Of a stretch of 64,000 nucleotides of DNA, positions 26,737 through 40,117 are shown piece by piece. The stretch's first letter is position 1; the number at the start of each line of letters is the position of its first letter. The notes beneath the pieces were generated by a model that saw only the letters and a program-made list of their open reading frames with translations, ran no database searches and was not told where the DNA came from. The stretch is from the human T2T-CHM13v2.0 reference genome, Homo sapiens. The translations under genes were made by a program, and so were the position numbers. Where the stretch lies: the NCBI RefSeq assembly GCF_009914755.1, contig NC_060931.1; one strand, written 5' to 3'.

Positions 26737-27305
26737 GTGTCTGCAGCACACAACCCTATTTCCAACCCCTTATATGCCCCCGTTGGGATTTCAGGTGCAG
26801 AACAGGACCTGGGGCCTTGTTTTCCCCATTTCCTTGCCAGCAGGATTCTGGTTTACATGCTGCTCTGAGAGTCACACATGCAAGATTTGGAAGGAGGAAG
26901 AGAAGCAGAAGCCGTTTCCACTCCCCTGCCAGTGACAGACAGAATCAACGGTTTGGGCAGACGTGCAATTCGGCACTGCAACACCTGTTGGCGGTGCTGC
27001 GGGCAGCTGTGATCTTCCCTGTGAGTTCCTGGCCTGAGCGACACTGGTGGTTTCTTGTTTCCTTGAATAGTAGTGCTGTGCCTTAGAGAGAAGAAGTCTT
27101 TCCTGACTTTTGCTGCTCTGCCCTTGATACTATTGCTTGGAGAAGACGGGGGCTATTAGTATTAGTGATTCTAATGAATATGAGCGGCTTGTCTTCCCCT
27201 CCAACCATCTGCCCAATTCTACTGAGACACCTTAAAGGCAGAAGTAGCTCCTCCACGCCTGAGGAATCCCATCTCTCTTTGCTTAAAGTCTGCAATGATG
27301 TTATC
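26737..27305 (+). mobile_element. Old ERVL LTR (LTR33/LTR41-like)
   Basis: atttccttgccagcaggattctgg...gcaagatttggaaggaggaagagaagcagaagcc. Confidence 0.5.
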
Positions 27306-27930
27306 TGAGAGAGTCATCTGGCAAAGAACCAACCTCAAGAAGTCTCTCAAGAGCCACCACTGCCACCTCTCATTGTCTCTAGGTGAAACCTCAGTTTTTC
27401 CTAGAGAGATGTGTGCAAGGTCTGACCTATTGTTATCAAAATAATAGCAATCATTTGTAATTAGTGTTGTTAGAATTTCAAGGAATATGGATGGGAATAA
27501 ATTCGAAGAGGTGCAGATCTGAAATCTGGGAATATTTTTCTTTTGGGAGAGGCTCCTAGTAATTCCATTCCTTATAGTTTAAGTTGATTGAAGAGTGTAG
27601 CAAATATAGCCATGGCCATGTTTCATGAGGGATCTGATATTTCATGATGTAAAGTTTGTTACCCAACCGGAGAGAAACCAAAGCTGAGGGAACATGGTGT
27701 GGATAGTGGAAAAAGGGAGTTCTAAATAACACCTGTGGCCTCACAAACAATTATAAGCAAACAAGCAAAATGGAGCACTGTAAAATATATGCACCTCTTC
27801 CTCTTCGCTTTATGTAAATATTTGCTTACAATAATCAATTACCTTTTAAGATTCTTCTCTTCTCTTCCAATTATACATAAGGAATATTGGTGGTGGTTAA
27901 ACCAAGTGTTTATTTTTTAGGTTAAAGAAT

Positions 27931-28288
27931 TGATATGGTTTGGCTCTGTGTTCCCACCCAAATCTCATCTTCTAGCTCCCATAATTCCCACCTGTTGTGG
28001 GCAGGCCCAGTGGGAGATAATTGAATCATGGGGTCTTTCCATGCTGTTCTCGTGATAGTGAACAAATCTCATGAGATCTGATGGTTTTAAAAATGGGAGT
28101 GTCCCCGCACAACCTCTCTCTCTCTTTGCCTGCCACCATTCATGTGAGATGTGACTTGCTCCTCCTTGCCTTTGATTGTGAGGCCTCCCCAGCCACGTGG
28201 AACTGTGAGTCCAATTAAACCTCTTTCTTCTGTAAATTGTCAAGTCTCCTGTATGTCTTTATCAGCAGCGTGAAAATGGGCTAATACA
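27931..28288 (+). mobile_element. THE1 LTR
   Basis: tgatatggtttggctctgtg...ctaataca; TSD agaat. Confidence 0.93.
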
Positions 28289-28583
28289 AGAATACTTAAG
28301 AGAGATTGGAACTGAGTAGAAGAACCAACATCTGCCAGAGATGGATACAGTATCTGATGGGACTAGAACCTTTTTCTTTTTGGGTAGAGAGTAAGTACAT
28401 CTTTGTTTATACAATGTAGAGCTATATTATGTTAAGAGGAAGCATGATATTGCTGCTTTCTTTGAAGTTAAATATGAAGAATATATGCACAGATAAGGAG
28501 AAGTCAGAGGGTTGTCTGTGCCAGGTTTTCATCTGTTGGTATTTGGCACCATTCTCGCTTCTCTCTGTGTCTTCCCCACAGTG

Positions 28584-28822
28584 CAAGGCTCATTCTTTAA
28601 GATTTATTTAATCATTGTGTAGAGCGTGGACCATTTTCCATCACAAAGGACCAGTGAATGTGAGAAGCTGCAGAATTTACCTTCACATTAATTCACCATG
28701 AATACATAAATAAATAAAAAGATGGATTCTCTGTTGGGTGCTAAGCAATTGGAAAGAAATCCTGTAAATTTTTCTAATCTGTGGTCTTTCCCCCAAATCC
28801 AGCACATCTGCTCAAAACCTAG
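28584..28822 (+). repeat. Copy 1 of a ~240-bp dispersed direct repeat (copy 2 at 31082-31325)
   Basis: Shared perfect blocks tgagaagctgcagaatttac, taaataaaaagatggattctctgttggg and ttttctaatctgtggtctttcccccaaa. Confidence 0.92.
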
Positions 28823-29069
28823 AAAAAAAAACAAAAAAAATTCTGTTTTCTTTTTGCCATATTAGTCTGGTTTGTAAATAATAAAGAATTTTAAAGTGAA
28901 AAAAAAAAAGAAAAAGTAAACTTCTTTCACAGGGCTGGAGGAAAGGGAGAATGAAGATTTTCTGGTCAATAACTCAACCTTTCACCATGTTACAAACCAG
29001 ATTATGGTAATGCCTCTTGCTTTCCCTGTATTTTCCAGTTGATTCCTCATTGTGCTGGATGTTTTTAAA

Positions 29070-29605
29070 ATAACTTTGCATCATCACAAACCCTTCTAGA
29101 GTCTTTCCTACACTGCAGGAGAGAGGTCTGGAGATATATTTCTTAGAATCTCCATCTCCATGTGGTTCTAAGTTAGAACTCTCCAAAGACAGGGCAAGCA
29201 GAAAAAAAAAGAAAGTAACACAAGCCAAAAAAAGGCAAAAAAGAAAGAGGAGCTTTTAGTAGCAGAAGTAGTAGTAGTAGTAGTATTGATGGCAGGTGCA
29301 CATAGTCACATGGGCAGACAGCCAATATGAAGTTTGTAGTGCCTCTTGAGAAAGCTCCTGGAAGTTACCGGGCTTGCAATTGTGGGCAGCTGACATTGGT
29401 GGTGTTGGCATTCTCTGAGCTTCCCGAGATTTGCTGTGGGTTCCAGATGAGCTCTTGTTAATTACTTCCTTCTCAAAGCTTCCCAAACAGTCATTCTTGC
29501 AGCCCTTCCAATAATTATGTAAGCCCTTGATGCCCTCTGTTAAAGGCTTTTTTACTTGGAATACCTAGGGTGGCTTCTGTTTGTTGATGGAATCTTGATT
29601 GCAAG
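29070..29605 (+). mobile_element. Old ERVL LTR (LTR33-like)
   Basis: 3' part ccttccaataattatgtaagcc...ttacttggaatacctagggtggcttctgttt. Confidence 0.5.
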
Positions 29606-31081
29606 ACTATAATCATGAGGTGGAGTTTTCATCTAGTGCATATTTAAACAAAGAGCAAAATGTGGAGGAGATACTGATGCAGGTCTATAAGAAATTGGCA
29701 GCAAAACAATGTTTTGAGAATTACCAAACACATACTTCATGGGAGGAACCCTATATACTTTTCTCTGAATACGTATATTTAATGAATCACAAGAAATGTT
29801 TATTCCAGTTTATGTTGCATGGGAAGTAACAATAAAACTGAAGTTATAGGGCTAAAGCTCTAATTCTTCTTCAGAGTACACTTTTGCTCTTTCCGGTTCA
29901 GGAAGATCTCATGTGTCCAACAGTTTACTCATCCAGACTATGCGTCAGCTTCAGAACCTGCATTACACATCTCAGAAAGGATATGGTGTTAGTTGAAGCT
30001 CAGCTTGCAGTCTCTAAACATCGAGGTTTTTGCCTTGTTTTGTTTTGTGCCAAAGAGAACTCAGGTGCACAGAATAGATTCATTGTAAGCCTTGGTTCTT
30101 GGAGCACTCATTCTTGGTCCATGCATGGTTATTTGTCATTTATTTATTTGTCAATTAGTGTATCTTAATAATGCAATCAGCACTCATGAACCCATTACTC
30201 TTAGATCCTGTGAAAACTTTCTCTTCTTCAATGTGCTCTGAAAAATGCTGGCAGAATTTTACATCTTAGCAAAAAGAGCTATGTGATTTTGCAGGTGTCT
30301 TTTTAACTTCATCGCTGGATCTATATCTTAGACAGATTCTACATTTTTTTCCCTTTTATGTGAAAACAAGGACTAGACATTTCAAATCCCTTTTGGCAGA
30401 AAGAATAATGTCCTCCTAGTAGTCAAAGCTATAAATGGATCAGTCTTGGGCAAAAATATAAATGCTTTGACGTTTCTGTTCTTCACGGTGATTTCTACAT
30501 GACCAGGGTGGCGTGGCTTGCATTAAAACTTTGGAAACTCTCTTTTTGGATTAATAGCTGGAATGAACCTTTTAAATGTACCTATTCATTTTAATAGTAG
30601 ATACTCAAAAATATTAAACAAATAAGTAAATACTGTTTAAAGGTTCTTAAGTGGCACATCTGTTAGACTTTAATCAAAGGAAATTATATCAGAAGGCACG
30701 ACAAAATATAAATGTAAAAAACGTGTAAACAATTATCTCACTACTTGATTGCAAAGTTTCGACTTTTAAAAAGTATAGATTTGAACTGAACTGATAATGA
30801 AATATAGAAAACCACATTTAAATATAAACAATTTGCTTACCACTAAATTGAACAGAGAATATATTTATGTACAAATAATAAAACAAAATAAAATTTGGGA
30901 ATTCAAAACAAGTGAAAATAACAGCAAATGAAATAGTTGAATCAATTGAAATCCAAAGTGAAAAAAAAGTTTTCTGAAGTGATTGTTATGTAACCAAAAA
31001 GATATTCTCTTTTTTCTTTTAAAATTATTTTAGAGAATCATCTCTACATGAAAAGATAGTCTCTAAAGTAAATGTAAACCA

Positions 31082-31325
31082 CAAGGCCAATTCTTTAAGA
31101 TTTATTTAATTATTTCATAGAGAGTTGATCAGTTTTCATCATAGAGGGCTAGTTAATTTGAGAAGCTGCAGAATTTACTTTCATGTGAATTCAACATGAA
31201 TAAACACATAAGTAAATAAAAAGATGGATTCTCTGTTGGGCACTCAGCAACTGAAAAGAAATCTTTTAAAATTTTCTAATCTGTGGTCTTTCCCCCAAAC
31301 CCAGGACATCTGCCCAAATCTCCAG
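31082..31325 (+). repeat. Copy 2 of the ~240-bp dispersed direct repeat
   Basis: Collinear with 28584-28822, roughly 80-85% identical by manual alignment. Confidence 0.92.
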
Positions 31326-31628
31326 GAGTAATAGCTAAGCATTCAACCATGTTTATGATAAAACAGGGATTTCTCTTATGATGGACTAGACCTAATGTAG
31401 ACATCAAAGGAACCCACTCATGTGCAATTAGCACCACAGATCAAGTCCACTTATGTTTAAGGGATCTTCATTCTCAGCCTCCAAATCTGTGCCTTCTCCA
31501 GCCACAGCACATATTCAGAAATTTATAGGTTACAGTTACATCTGTAAGAAAATGTGGAGGTCCCCATGTCTTCTAACCTACTAAGCAATAAGATAATAAT
31601 TGCAATCACAACAACCTCTGTTGGACAG

Positions 31629-31994
31629 TGTACTAGTCTGTTCTCATGCTGCTAATAAAGACATACCTGAGACTGGGTAATTTATAAAGGAAAGAGATTT
31701 AATGGACTTACAGTTCCACGTGGCTGGGGAGGCCTCACAATCATGGCAAAAGGCAAGGGAGGAGCAAAAGCACGTCTTACTTGACAGCAGGCAAGAGAGA
31801 ATTTGTGCAGGGAAACTCCCTCTTATAAAACCATCAGCTCTCATGAGACTTATTCACTATCATGAAAACAGCATGAGAAAATCCCACCCTCATGATTCAA
31901 TTACCTCCCACAGGGTCCTTCCCACAACACATGGGAATTACGGGAGCTACAACTCAAGGTGAGATTTGGGTGGGGACACAGCCAAACCATATCA
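31629..31994 (-). mobile_element. THE1 LTR
   Basis: tgtactagtctgttctcatgctgc...gccaaaccatatca; TSD gacag. Confidence 0.93.
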
Positions 31995-32239
31995 GACAGT
32001 GTCAAATACTTTCATTTATCTCTCATCCTCATGCCTGCAGGGTAAATACTGTTATTTGAATTTCACAGGTAAAAAAAAAAAAACTGAGGAAGAAAAGTGA
32101 TGTAACTTGCCTGCAGCTGCACAGTAGCTGAGTGATGGAGCCAGCATGTTAACACCAATCTTTCCCTTAAACTCACATTTGCGTGTGTGTGCTACATTAC
32201 AGCGCCAACCACATGATCTTTCCAGATGCTCCAACCCTC

Positions 32240-32450
32240 CCAAGGATGGAGAGAAGGCAGCCTGGCAATTTGTTAGCCAACTAAAATTATTAGAAGAATC
32301 TGTCCTGTCACTTTCAGTCACTAGTACTACCCTCTGAGGCAAAAGAAAAAATATCTTGTACCTTTTCTCCATGTGACAGATCTTCAAGTATTTAAAGACC
32401 CCTCTCTGGTACTCTAGGTTTTCTCCTCTCCAAGTAGGTAGATGTTCCCA
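32240..32450 (-). mobile_element. L3/CR1 LINE fragment
   Basis: Minus-strand translation NLEYQRGVFKYLKICHMEK..IFFLLPQR resembles the CR1 ORF2 C-terminus (LEKRRLRGD..VFKYLKGCH.E..LF..PEG). Confidence 0.7.
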
Positions 32451-32457
32451 AGGAACA

Positions 32458-33283
<826 letters not shown>

Positions 33284-34080
33284 AGAACAGTTAAATCGGA
33301 AAGCCCTGGGGAAGAGAGTCATGTTTTGTTTCTAACAAAGCAATAGCTGAAGGAAGTAAGAGTCAGCTATTAAGAGGGCTGGGAACAGAAATGGAAAGAG
33401 AGACCAACCCATTATACTCAACTTGGAAAGATTATCTGCATTCTGACAGCCAAACACATGAGAAGTTTATAAGACCTTTTCCCCTCCGCAGAAGGAAAAA
33501 TCATTTCACTGACGAGAGCCACAGTGCAATCTCAGGGTCTGTTTCAATGTGTAGGGCAGCCCATTGGGAAACATCTCTTAAAAAGTCGCTAGATTGCATC
33601 AATTGTGAGGTTACACACACACAAAGAGATAGAGTTCCAGGCACCTCTTATTCTATTCTTGAGACTCTTTTACCAGCCAGTTACCAATAAAAGTGAGCCA
33701 GGTTTCCACAGGCTTCTTCCTAACAGATCCTCTTACCCTGTGCCTAACGTGTTCCTGTTCTCACGCTTCATGCTTGGCATCTTCTTCTGTTTATACTTCT
33801 CTTCCTGTCCCTTAAACCTAAATTAGCCTTTAGTGTCTCATATCCCTAACTTTACTCAAACAGCTCTGCGAGAAATTGGGTCAGATTCACACTAGATCTC
33901 CTTATCTTCCTCTGTCTCTTCTCTTCATCCTCGTGTGAAATCAGGGGGTTTTACTATGGTTAATCCTCTGGGAATACATTCCTAACTCCAACCCACTCTA
34001 TATGATAAACCTATCAAGCTCCCCTCATGGAAGTGATCAGACAGTTGAATTTTGTGCTTCTGATGGTATACAGTGCATAG

Positions 34081-34156
34081 TGTATTAATCTGTTTTCACA
34101 CTGCTGATAAAGACATACCCAAGACTGGGTAATTCATAAAGAAAAAGAGGTTTATT
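34081..34156 (-). mobile_element. THE1 LTR terminal fragment (truncated)
   Basis: tgtattaatctgttttcacactgctgataaagacatacccaagactgggtaattcataaagaaaaagaggttta. Confidence 0.85.
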
Positions 34157-34261
34157 GGCCGGCGAGGTGGCTCACGCTTGTAATCTCAGCCCTTTGGGAG
34201 GCCAAAGTGGGCGGATCATGAGGTCAGGAGATCAAGACCATCCTGGCCAACATGGTGAAAC
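34157..34261 (+). mobile_element. Alu left-arm fragment
   Basis: ggccggcgaggtggctcacgc...ccaacatggtgaaac, then an abrupt end. Confidence 0.9.
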
Positions 34262-34264
34262 AAA

Positions 34265-34480
34265 TTCTAGTTGTTCATGCTGGAAAACAGAGAAGAAATT
34301 GACATTTATGTATTAACTTTGGATACTGCAATCTTTCTATACTCACTTACTAGTTCCAGGAGATTTCTGTGGATTCTTTTGTATTTTCTATATAAGCAAT
34401 CATATCATCTATGGAGAAAGGTAGTTTTATTTCCTCCTTTCTAATCTGTTCTTGTCTGATTGCACTAACTAGAACTTCCT
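34265..34480 (-). mobile_element. Old L1 ORF2 fragment
   Basis: ttactagttccaggag...atcatatcatct...ttcctcctttctaat...ctagaacttcc. Confidence 0.75.
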
Positions 34481-34560
34481 TTAAATGTTGGTTGATGCAA
34501 CTTGATATAGATACGTTAACTTATAAAATTCTGTAAGATAACAGCATTGTTCCCATTTTA

Positions 34561-34895
<335 letters not shown>

Positions 34896-34969
34896 GACAT
34901 TTAATTAAGTCAGAAAAAGGATAAAAACCTAGGTGTTCTATCTTTAAGTAGGCAAGCACATAGCATGGT

Positions 34970-35130
34970 GCACCTGTCTTTGCCACTTGCTATCTGTGAG
35001 AGACTGAGCAAGTTGTTTAAACTCTTTTAAGTGTCAGTTTCCTCAAATGTAAAATGGGGATGATGATAACAGGCCCATCTTGTTAAATTAAGTTAAATTA
35101 AATGTGTTAAAAATTTTAAGTACCTAGAAA
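34970..35130 (+). mobile_element. MIR
   Basis: tgccacttgctatctgtgag...tcagtttcctcaaatgtaaaatgggga. Confidence 0.8.
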
Positions 35131-35572
35131 GGTATGTTGCACTACTGTAAAAAAAGAAGAGAAACCAAAAAAGCCCGAAGCTTTTCCTGTTTCAGCATCT
35201 GCCTTTGAACCTGTCTTTATCTGAGAGTGAAAGATATTAATAGAATCAATTTCCTGAGTTTATTGTCTGTGAAATACAGACTAAAGAGACAAGCACCAGG
35301 TAAGTACTCAACAAATATTGTCTGTAGTTATTAAAATATTTACTAATGTGGGTGTTCTCCCATATTTCACTATTACAGATATCCCTAAAATGAGCATTTT
35401 TACACACATATTTTTGCATGAGAATGATTTTTCTGCAGACTGAAATCTGAGAAGTGGGATTGCTCGGTCCAGGATATGGATGTTGTAAATTTCAATAGAT
35501 GTCACACAATTTCCCTTTAAGAATTGACTACTTTAAATCCCTCACAATGTTTTTATCACAACTCCACCAAGT

Positions 35573-35878
35573 TTTTTTGTTGTTCCTGTTGTTTTAGACT
35601 AGGGGATCTTACTTTGTCACCCAGACTGGAGTGAATTGGCACAATTATAGCTCACTACAGCCTCCAACTCCTGGGCTCAGGAGATACTCCCGCCTCAGCC
35701 TCCTGAGTAGCTGGGGATACAGGTGTGCACCACCATGCCTGGCTAGTAATTTTTTTTTTTTTTTGTAAAGACAAGGGTTTCTCTGTGTTGCCCAGGCTGG
35801 TCCCAAACTCCTGGTCTCAAGCAATCTTCCTTCTTTGGCCTCCCAAACTACTGGGATTGCAGGCATGAGCCACCTCAA
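35573..35878 (-). mobile_element. AluJ within an old minus-strand L1 (approx. 35340-36010)
   Basis: J-type Alu; flanks include agaagtgggattgctcggtc, typical of L1M. Confidence 0.85.
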
Positions 35879-36079
35879 CTGCTCTCAATTCAGGATATTA
35901 CCAACGGTTTTCCATTTTTATCAGAATAAAAGCAGAAAAGTGGTATTTTAGTTATTTCATTATAACTTATATTTATTTCTTAGTGAGATTAAGCATGCTT
36001 ATATGTCCTTTGGCTTATTCATGTTTTTTATCCATTTTTAAAATTTTAATTTAATATTCATTTCTTAAACTTACGTATT

Positions 36080-36419
<340 letters not shown>

Positions 36420-36559
36420 TAGATTTTTTTTTTTTTTTTTAGAGCAGCTGTTATATGCCAGCATGGTTTCTGGGCACTAACCAAGCAGACAAGATTTCTG
36501 GTCTGGTTGGTCTGAGCTTGGGTACTGACATTTTTGCTTATCATTTTGTAAAGGATCAC

Positions 36560-37300
36560 TGTCAATTCTGGAAATTCATCCTTTGTCTATGATGCGCTAC
36601 AATTTGTGGAGGGGGAAGAAATTGCATTATGAAGGCAGAGACACACATGGTACGTCTTACAGATACAGTACACCCCATCTTTACAATATAAATAAATAAC
36701 TGCCATAAGTGTGACAAAATCTTAATTCTTGCTAGGCATAGAGGTGGCTTTTCCAAGCTGGAAATGCAATCACGATTGAGTGTCAATGATGTTCTTGATT
36801 TACCAGGAAGAATCAGATGCTGAGGCCCTGACGGCATCCTTGATCGCAGCTGAAGCAGGGTAGGAACAGCAGCGTCAAGGTAATATCACAATCTGGAATG
36901 CCCTGATTTACAGCAATTCTTTCTTTTTATTCTATACTAATTAAACAACGCTGAGTGTTATGGCCTGACAATGAAATCTCAGGCCCAAATCCAAAAGTCA
37001 AAATTGAAGCAAGTTACCCAATGTGGCCTGATGATAGAGTCCTTCGGGTAGTAGATTGGAAATCAATAGTTTTCATCTGAGTATAAAGTGCTTTTATTCA
37101 AGGGGACAATTTGTATCTAATCCGTGCCAATGACTTAGCACCAAACATGCAGGGCGCTGATACCTGATGTTGATAAATGACAGCAACGTTTCATTACCAT
37201 TTGCGTCAGAGGAGACTGGGATGGGCACCAATTCTGCTGACTAGGACAGTTCCTGGCAGTTTGCCTGAAAAGGTGAAATTAAGCTGCTGTCCTGGAGACA
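36560..37300. promoter_or_regulatory. Candidate conserved enhancer (repeat-free, TALE/Hox motif cluster)
   Basis: TGATTTAC twice (36796, 36904), TAATTA (36938), TAATCC (37118), TGACTTAGCA (37131), TGATAAATGACAG (37171); motif inspection only. Confidence 0.4.
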
Positions 37301-37464
37301 GCTATAAACACTTCTTCCGTCTTTTCTGTCAGGTGTTTTCTCACAAGGCAACCACATCCACCATGAGAAATCAGGTCAGGATCTGAAAAGCTATGTTCTC
37401 TGAGAAAAAAACAGAGCATGGTCCATATGACCTGGAGGGAAAGGATATTAAGGAAAGTTCTCAA

Positions 37465-37732
<268 letters not shown>

Positions 37733-37791
37733 TTAAAATATGTCTAATAATATATAAATTAATTAATTTAAGGAAAGGGAAACTTTCCACA

Positions 37792-37842
37792 ACACACACA
37801 CACACATACACACACACACACACACACAGACACACACACACA
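37792..37842. repeat. Interrupted (CA)n
   Basis: CA run with TA and GA interruptions. Confidence 0.9.
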
Positions 37843-38115
37843 CCCCGAATCACCTTTGAAATATCCTTCTTTAACCTGAAAATATCCTTAGAGAAGTGAT
37901 CCTTTAGATGTTTGTTTATTATAAGGTAACATCTTAAAAGGTATAATTTCCACTTGCCTCTTGCTGCCTCAAAGGGCCAAATTGTGACTTTTGTGACAAG
38001 TCCATGTGATTTGTATATTGGACATTTGGGGCTATGGAATATGATGTTGAAACCAACAGTGTTTGCTTTTCTCACAGAGTTGTAAGTAAGCATTCTTAGC
38101 CCAGAATTATGTTAA

Positions 38116-38368
38116 CGAGGCAGGTGGATCACCTGAGGTCAGGAGTTCGAGACCAGCCTGGCCAACATGGCGGAACCCCATCACTATGAAAAATACAAAA
38201 ATTACCCAGGAATGGTGCCAGGCACCTGTAATTCCAGCTACTCAGGACGCTGAGGCAGGAGAATCACTTGAACCCGGGAGGCGGAGGTTGCAATGAGCCA
38301 TGTTCTCACCACGATACTACTCCAGCCTGGGTGACAGAGTGAGATGCCATCTCAAAAAAAAAAAAAAA
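38116..38368 (+). mobile_element. Alu (AluS-type), 5'-truncated
   Basis: Starts at cgaggcaggtggatcacctgagg. Confidence 0.93.
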
Positions 38369-38949
38369 GTCTGTTCATTGGAAAACACTATAGAACACAA
38401 ATGAGATGTTACAACAGACTAGTGACCCCCAAATATTTTCTCCATGTGAGCTTCTCAGGTTTATGACGCATTCTTCTGATTTTAGATTTAATAACAGATA
38501 TTTTTATTTAGCTTATGCTATGTAAATTTATAATGTATGTATTTTGCTTATACTATGCATCTATAAGTTATATATTTTGTTTATAGTATGAATGTTATTT
38601 ATAGATAAACATATAGACACTATGTAACTATATATGTATATTATATATGGCTTATATTATTTTAATTATTATATAATAAGCCATATGTAATACCCAATTA
38701 TATATTTGAAAATTCCCAATTATATATTAAATCATATATGTATACCATGTATATTTTATATGTATGCATTGTTTGTAATCCTTAATCTTCACAAGAACCA
38801 CAAAATATCCATTATTATACTCATTTTTGTAAATTAAAAAATTGAATTTCAGCAAGGATTGTTAGCTTGTTAAATGTCACACAGCTGATATGTAACACAA
38901 CTTTGATTGAAATACCTATCATTCTTCCTCAATCTCAATGCTAGTATTA

Positions 38950-39006
38950 ATAACAATGATAATGCCACTATGTTCTAGGCACTGTTCCAAGTACTATGTG
39001 TGTATA

Positions 39007-39058
<52 letters not shown>

Positions 39059-39210
39059 TTTTACCTTCATGAGATCGGTATTATCACCTCCCCATTTTAT
39101 AGGTGAGAAAACTGAGACACAGCGAAGTTAAGCAAATTGCTGGAAGTCACGTACTTAATAAGGGTGGAAATGGTATTTAGACCTATGACGTTTAACTACA
39201 AAGACTAGAG
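38950..39210 (-). mobile_element. MIR containing (TA)n at ~39003-39054
   Basis: cccattttataggtgagaaaactgagacacagcgaagttaagcaaattgc. Confidence 0.8.
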
Positions 39211-39242
39211 ATCTTTCTATTACATCTTTAGGATCTATTTCC

Positions 39243-39465
39243 TTTTTTCTTTTTTTTTTTTTTTTTGAGACGGAGTCTCACTTTGTCACCCAGGCTGGAG
39301 TGCAGTGGCGCAATCTCAGCTCACTGCAACCTCTGCCCTCCGGGGTTCAAACAATTCTACTGCCTCAGCCTCCCGAGTAGCTGGAATTACAGGTGCCTGC
39401 CACCACGCCCAGCTAATTTTTGTATTTTTAGTAGAGACGGGGTTTCACCATCTGGGCCGGGCTGG
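39243..39465 (-). mobile_element. Alu (AluS-type), 5'-truncated
   Basis: TSD ggatctatttc. Confidence 0.92.
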
Positions 39466-40117
39466 GGATCTATTTCTTAATGTAGAATTGAAGGATGGAA
39501 GGAAATCACGTTGAACCTTTTATGAACATTGCCAAGTTGCTTTCTTAGCAGATTATTCATATTTCCTCACCTGCCAGCAAGGTACATGAATGCCCATTTC
39601 AGCACACTCCTACTAAACACTTATTTTCTCAAAGAAGAAAAAAAAAACAACACCCAAACATCTTAGCTACTTTGGAAGATACAGTATGTTATATCGTTAA
39701 TGTTTAGTGACTTTGCAAGTTTGTCACATATTTTAGTAGATATTTATAATCCCTCCCTAGAATATAGTTCTCCTCCCTTAGGACAATCGTCTTGAGTGAT
39801 CATTTGATCACCCGGAGGACTGGAGTCGTTGAGAGCTGTGGCATCTCCCTCGTCTGGTCCTGTTGACCCTGGATGCTTCCAGCTTCCTTGCTGACTCCAA
39901 ATGTCCCTGACAAAATACCCATGCCTCATTCTAGATCCACATTGAGTTCATCCATTACCATTTTGCCAGATTGGTCTTGTCTTAGTGAATGTATTTGATC
40001 CTGAAGGAAGAAAAGAAAAAAATCTTTCTTGGGGTCCAGGAACCAAATAGCCGTCTCTTTCCTCCATCTCTGTAGGCTGTTTGTTGTTGTTGCTGTTCCT
40101 TTCTTGTGTGACTCACT

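Noticed and set aside
28584-31325. The 240-bp direct repeats as LTRs of a novel 2.7-kb retroelement
   Set aside because: No shared TG...CA termini, TSD, primer-binding site or polypurine tract could be seen
27931-31994. Two THE1 LTRs as one element flanking the duplicated segment
   Set aside because: Opposite orientations and different, self-contained TSDs (agaat versus gacag)
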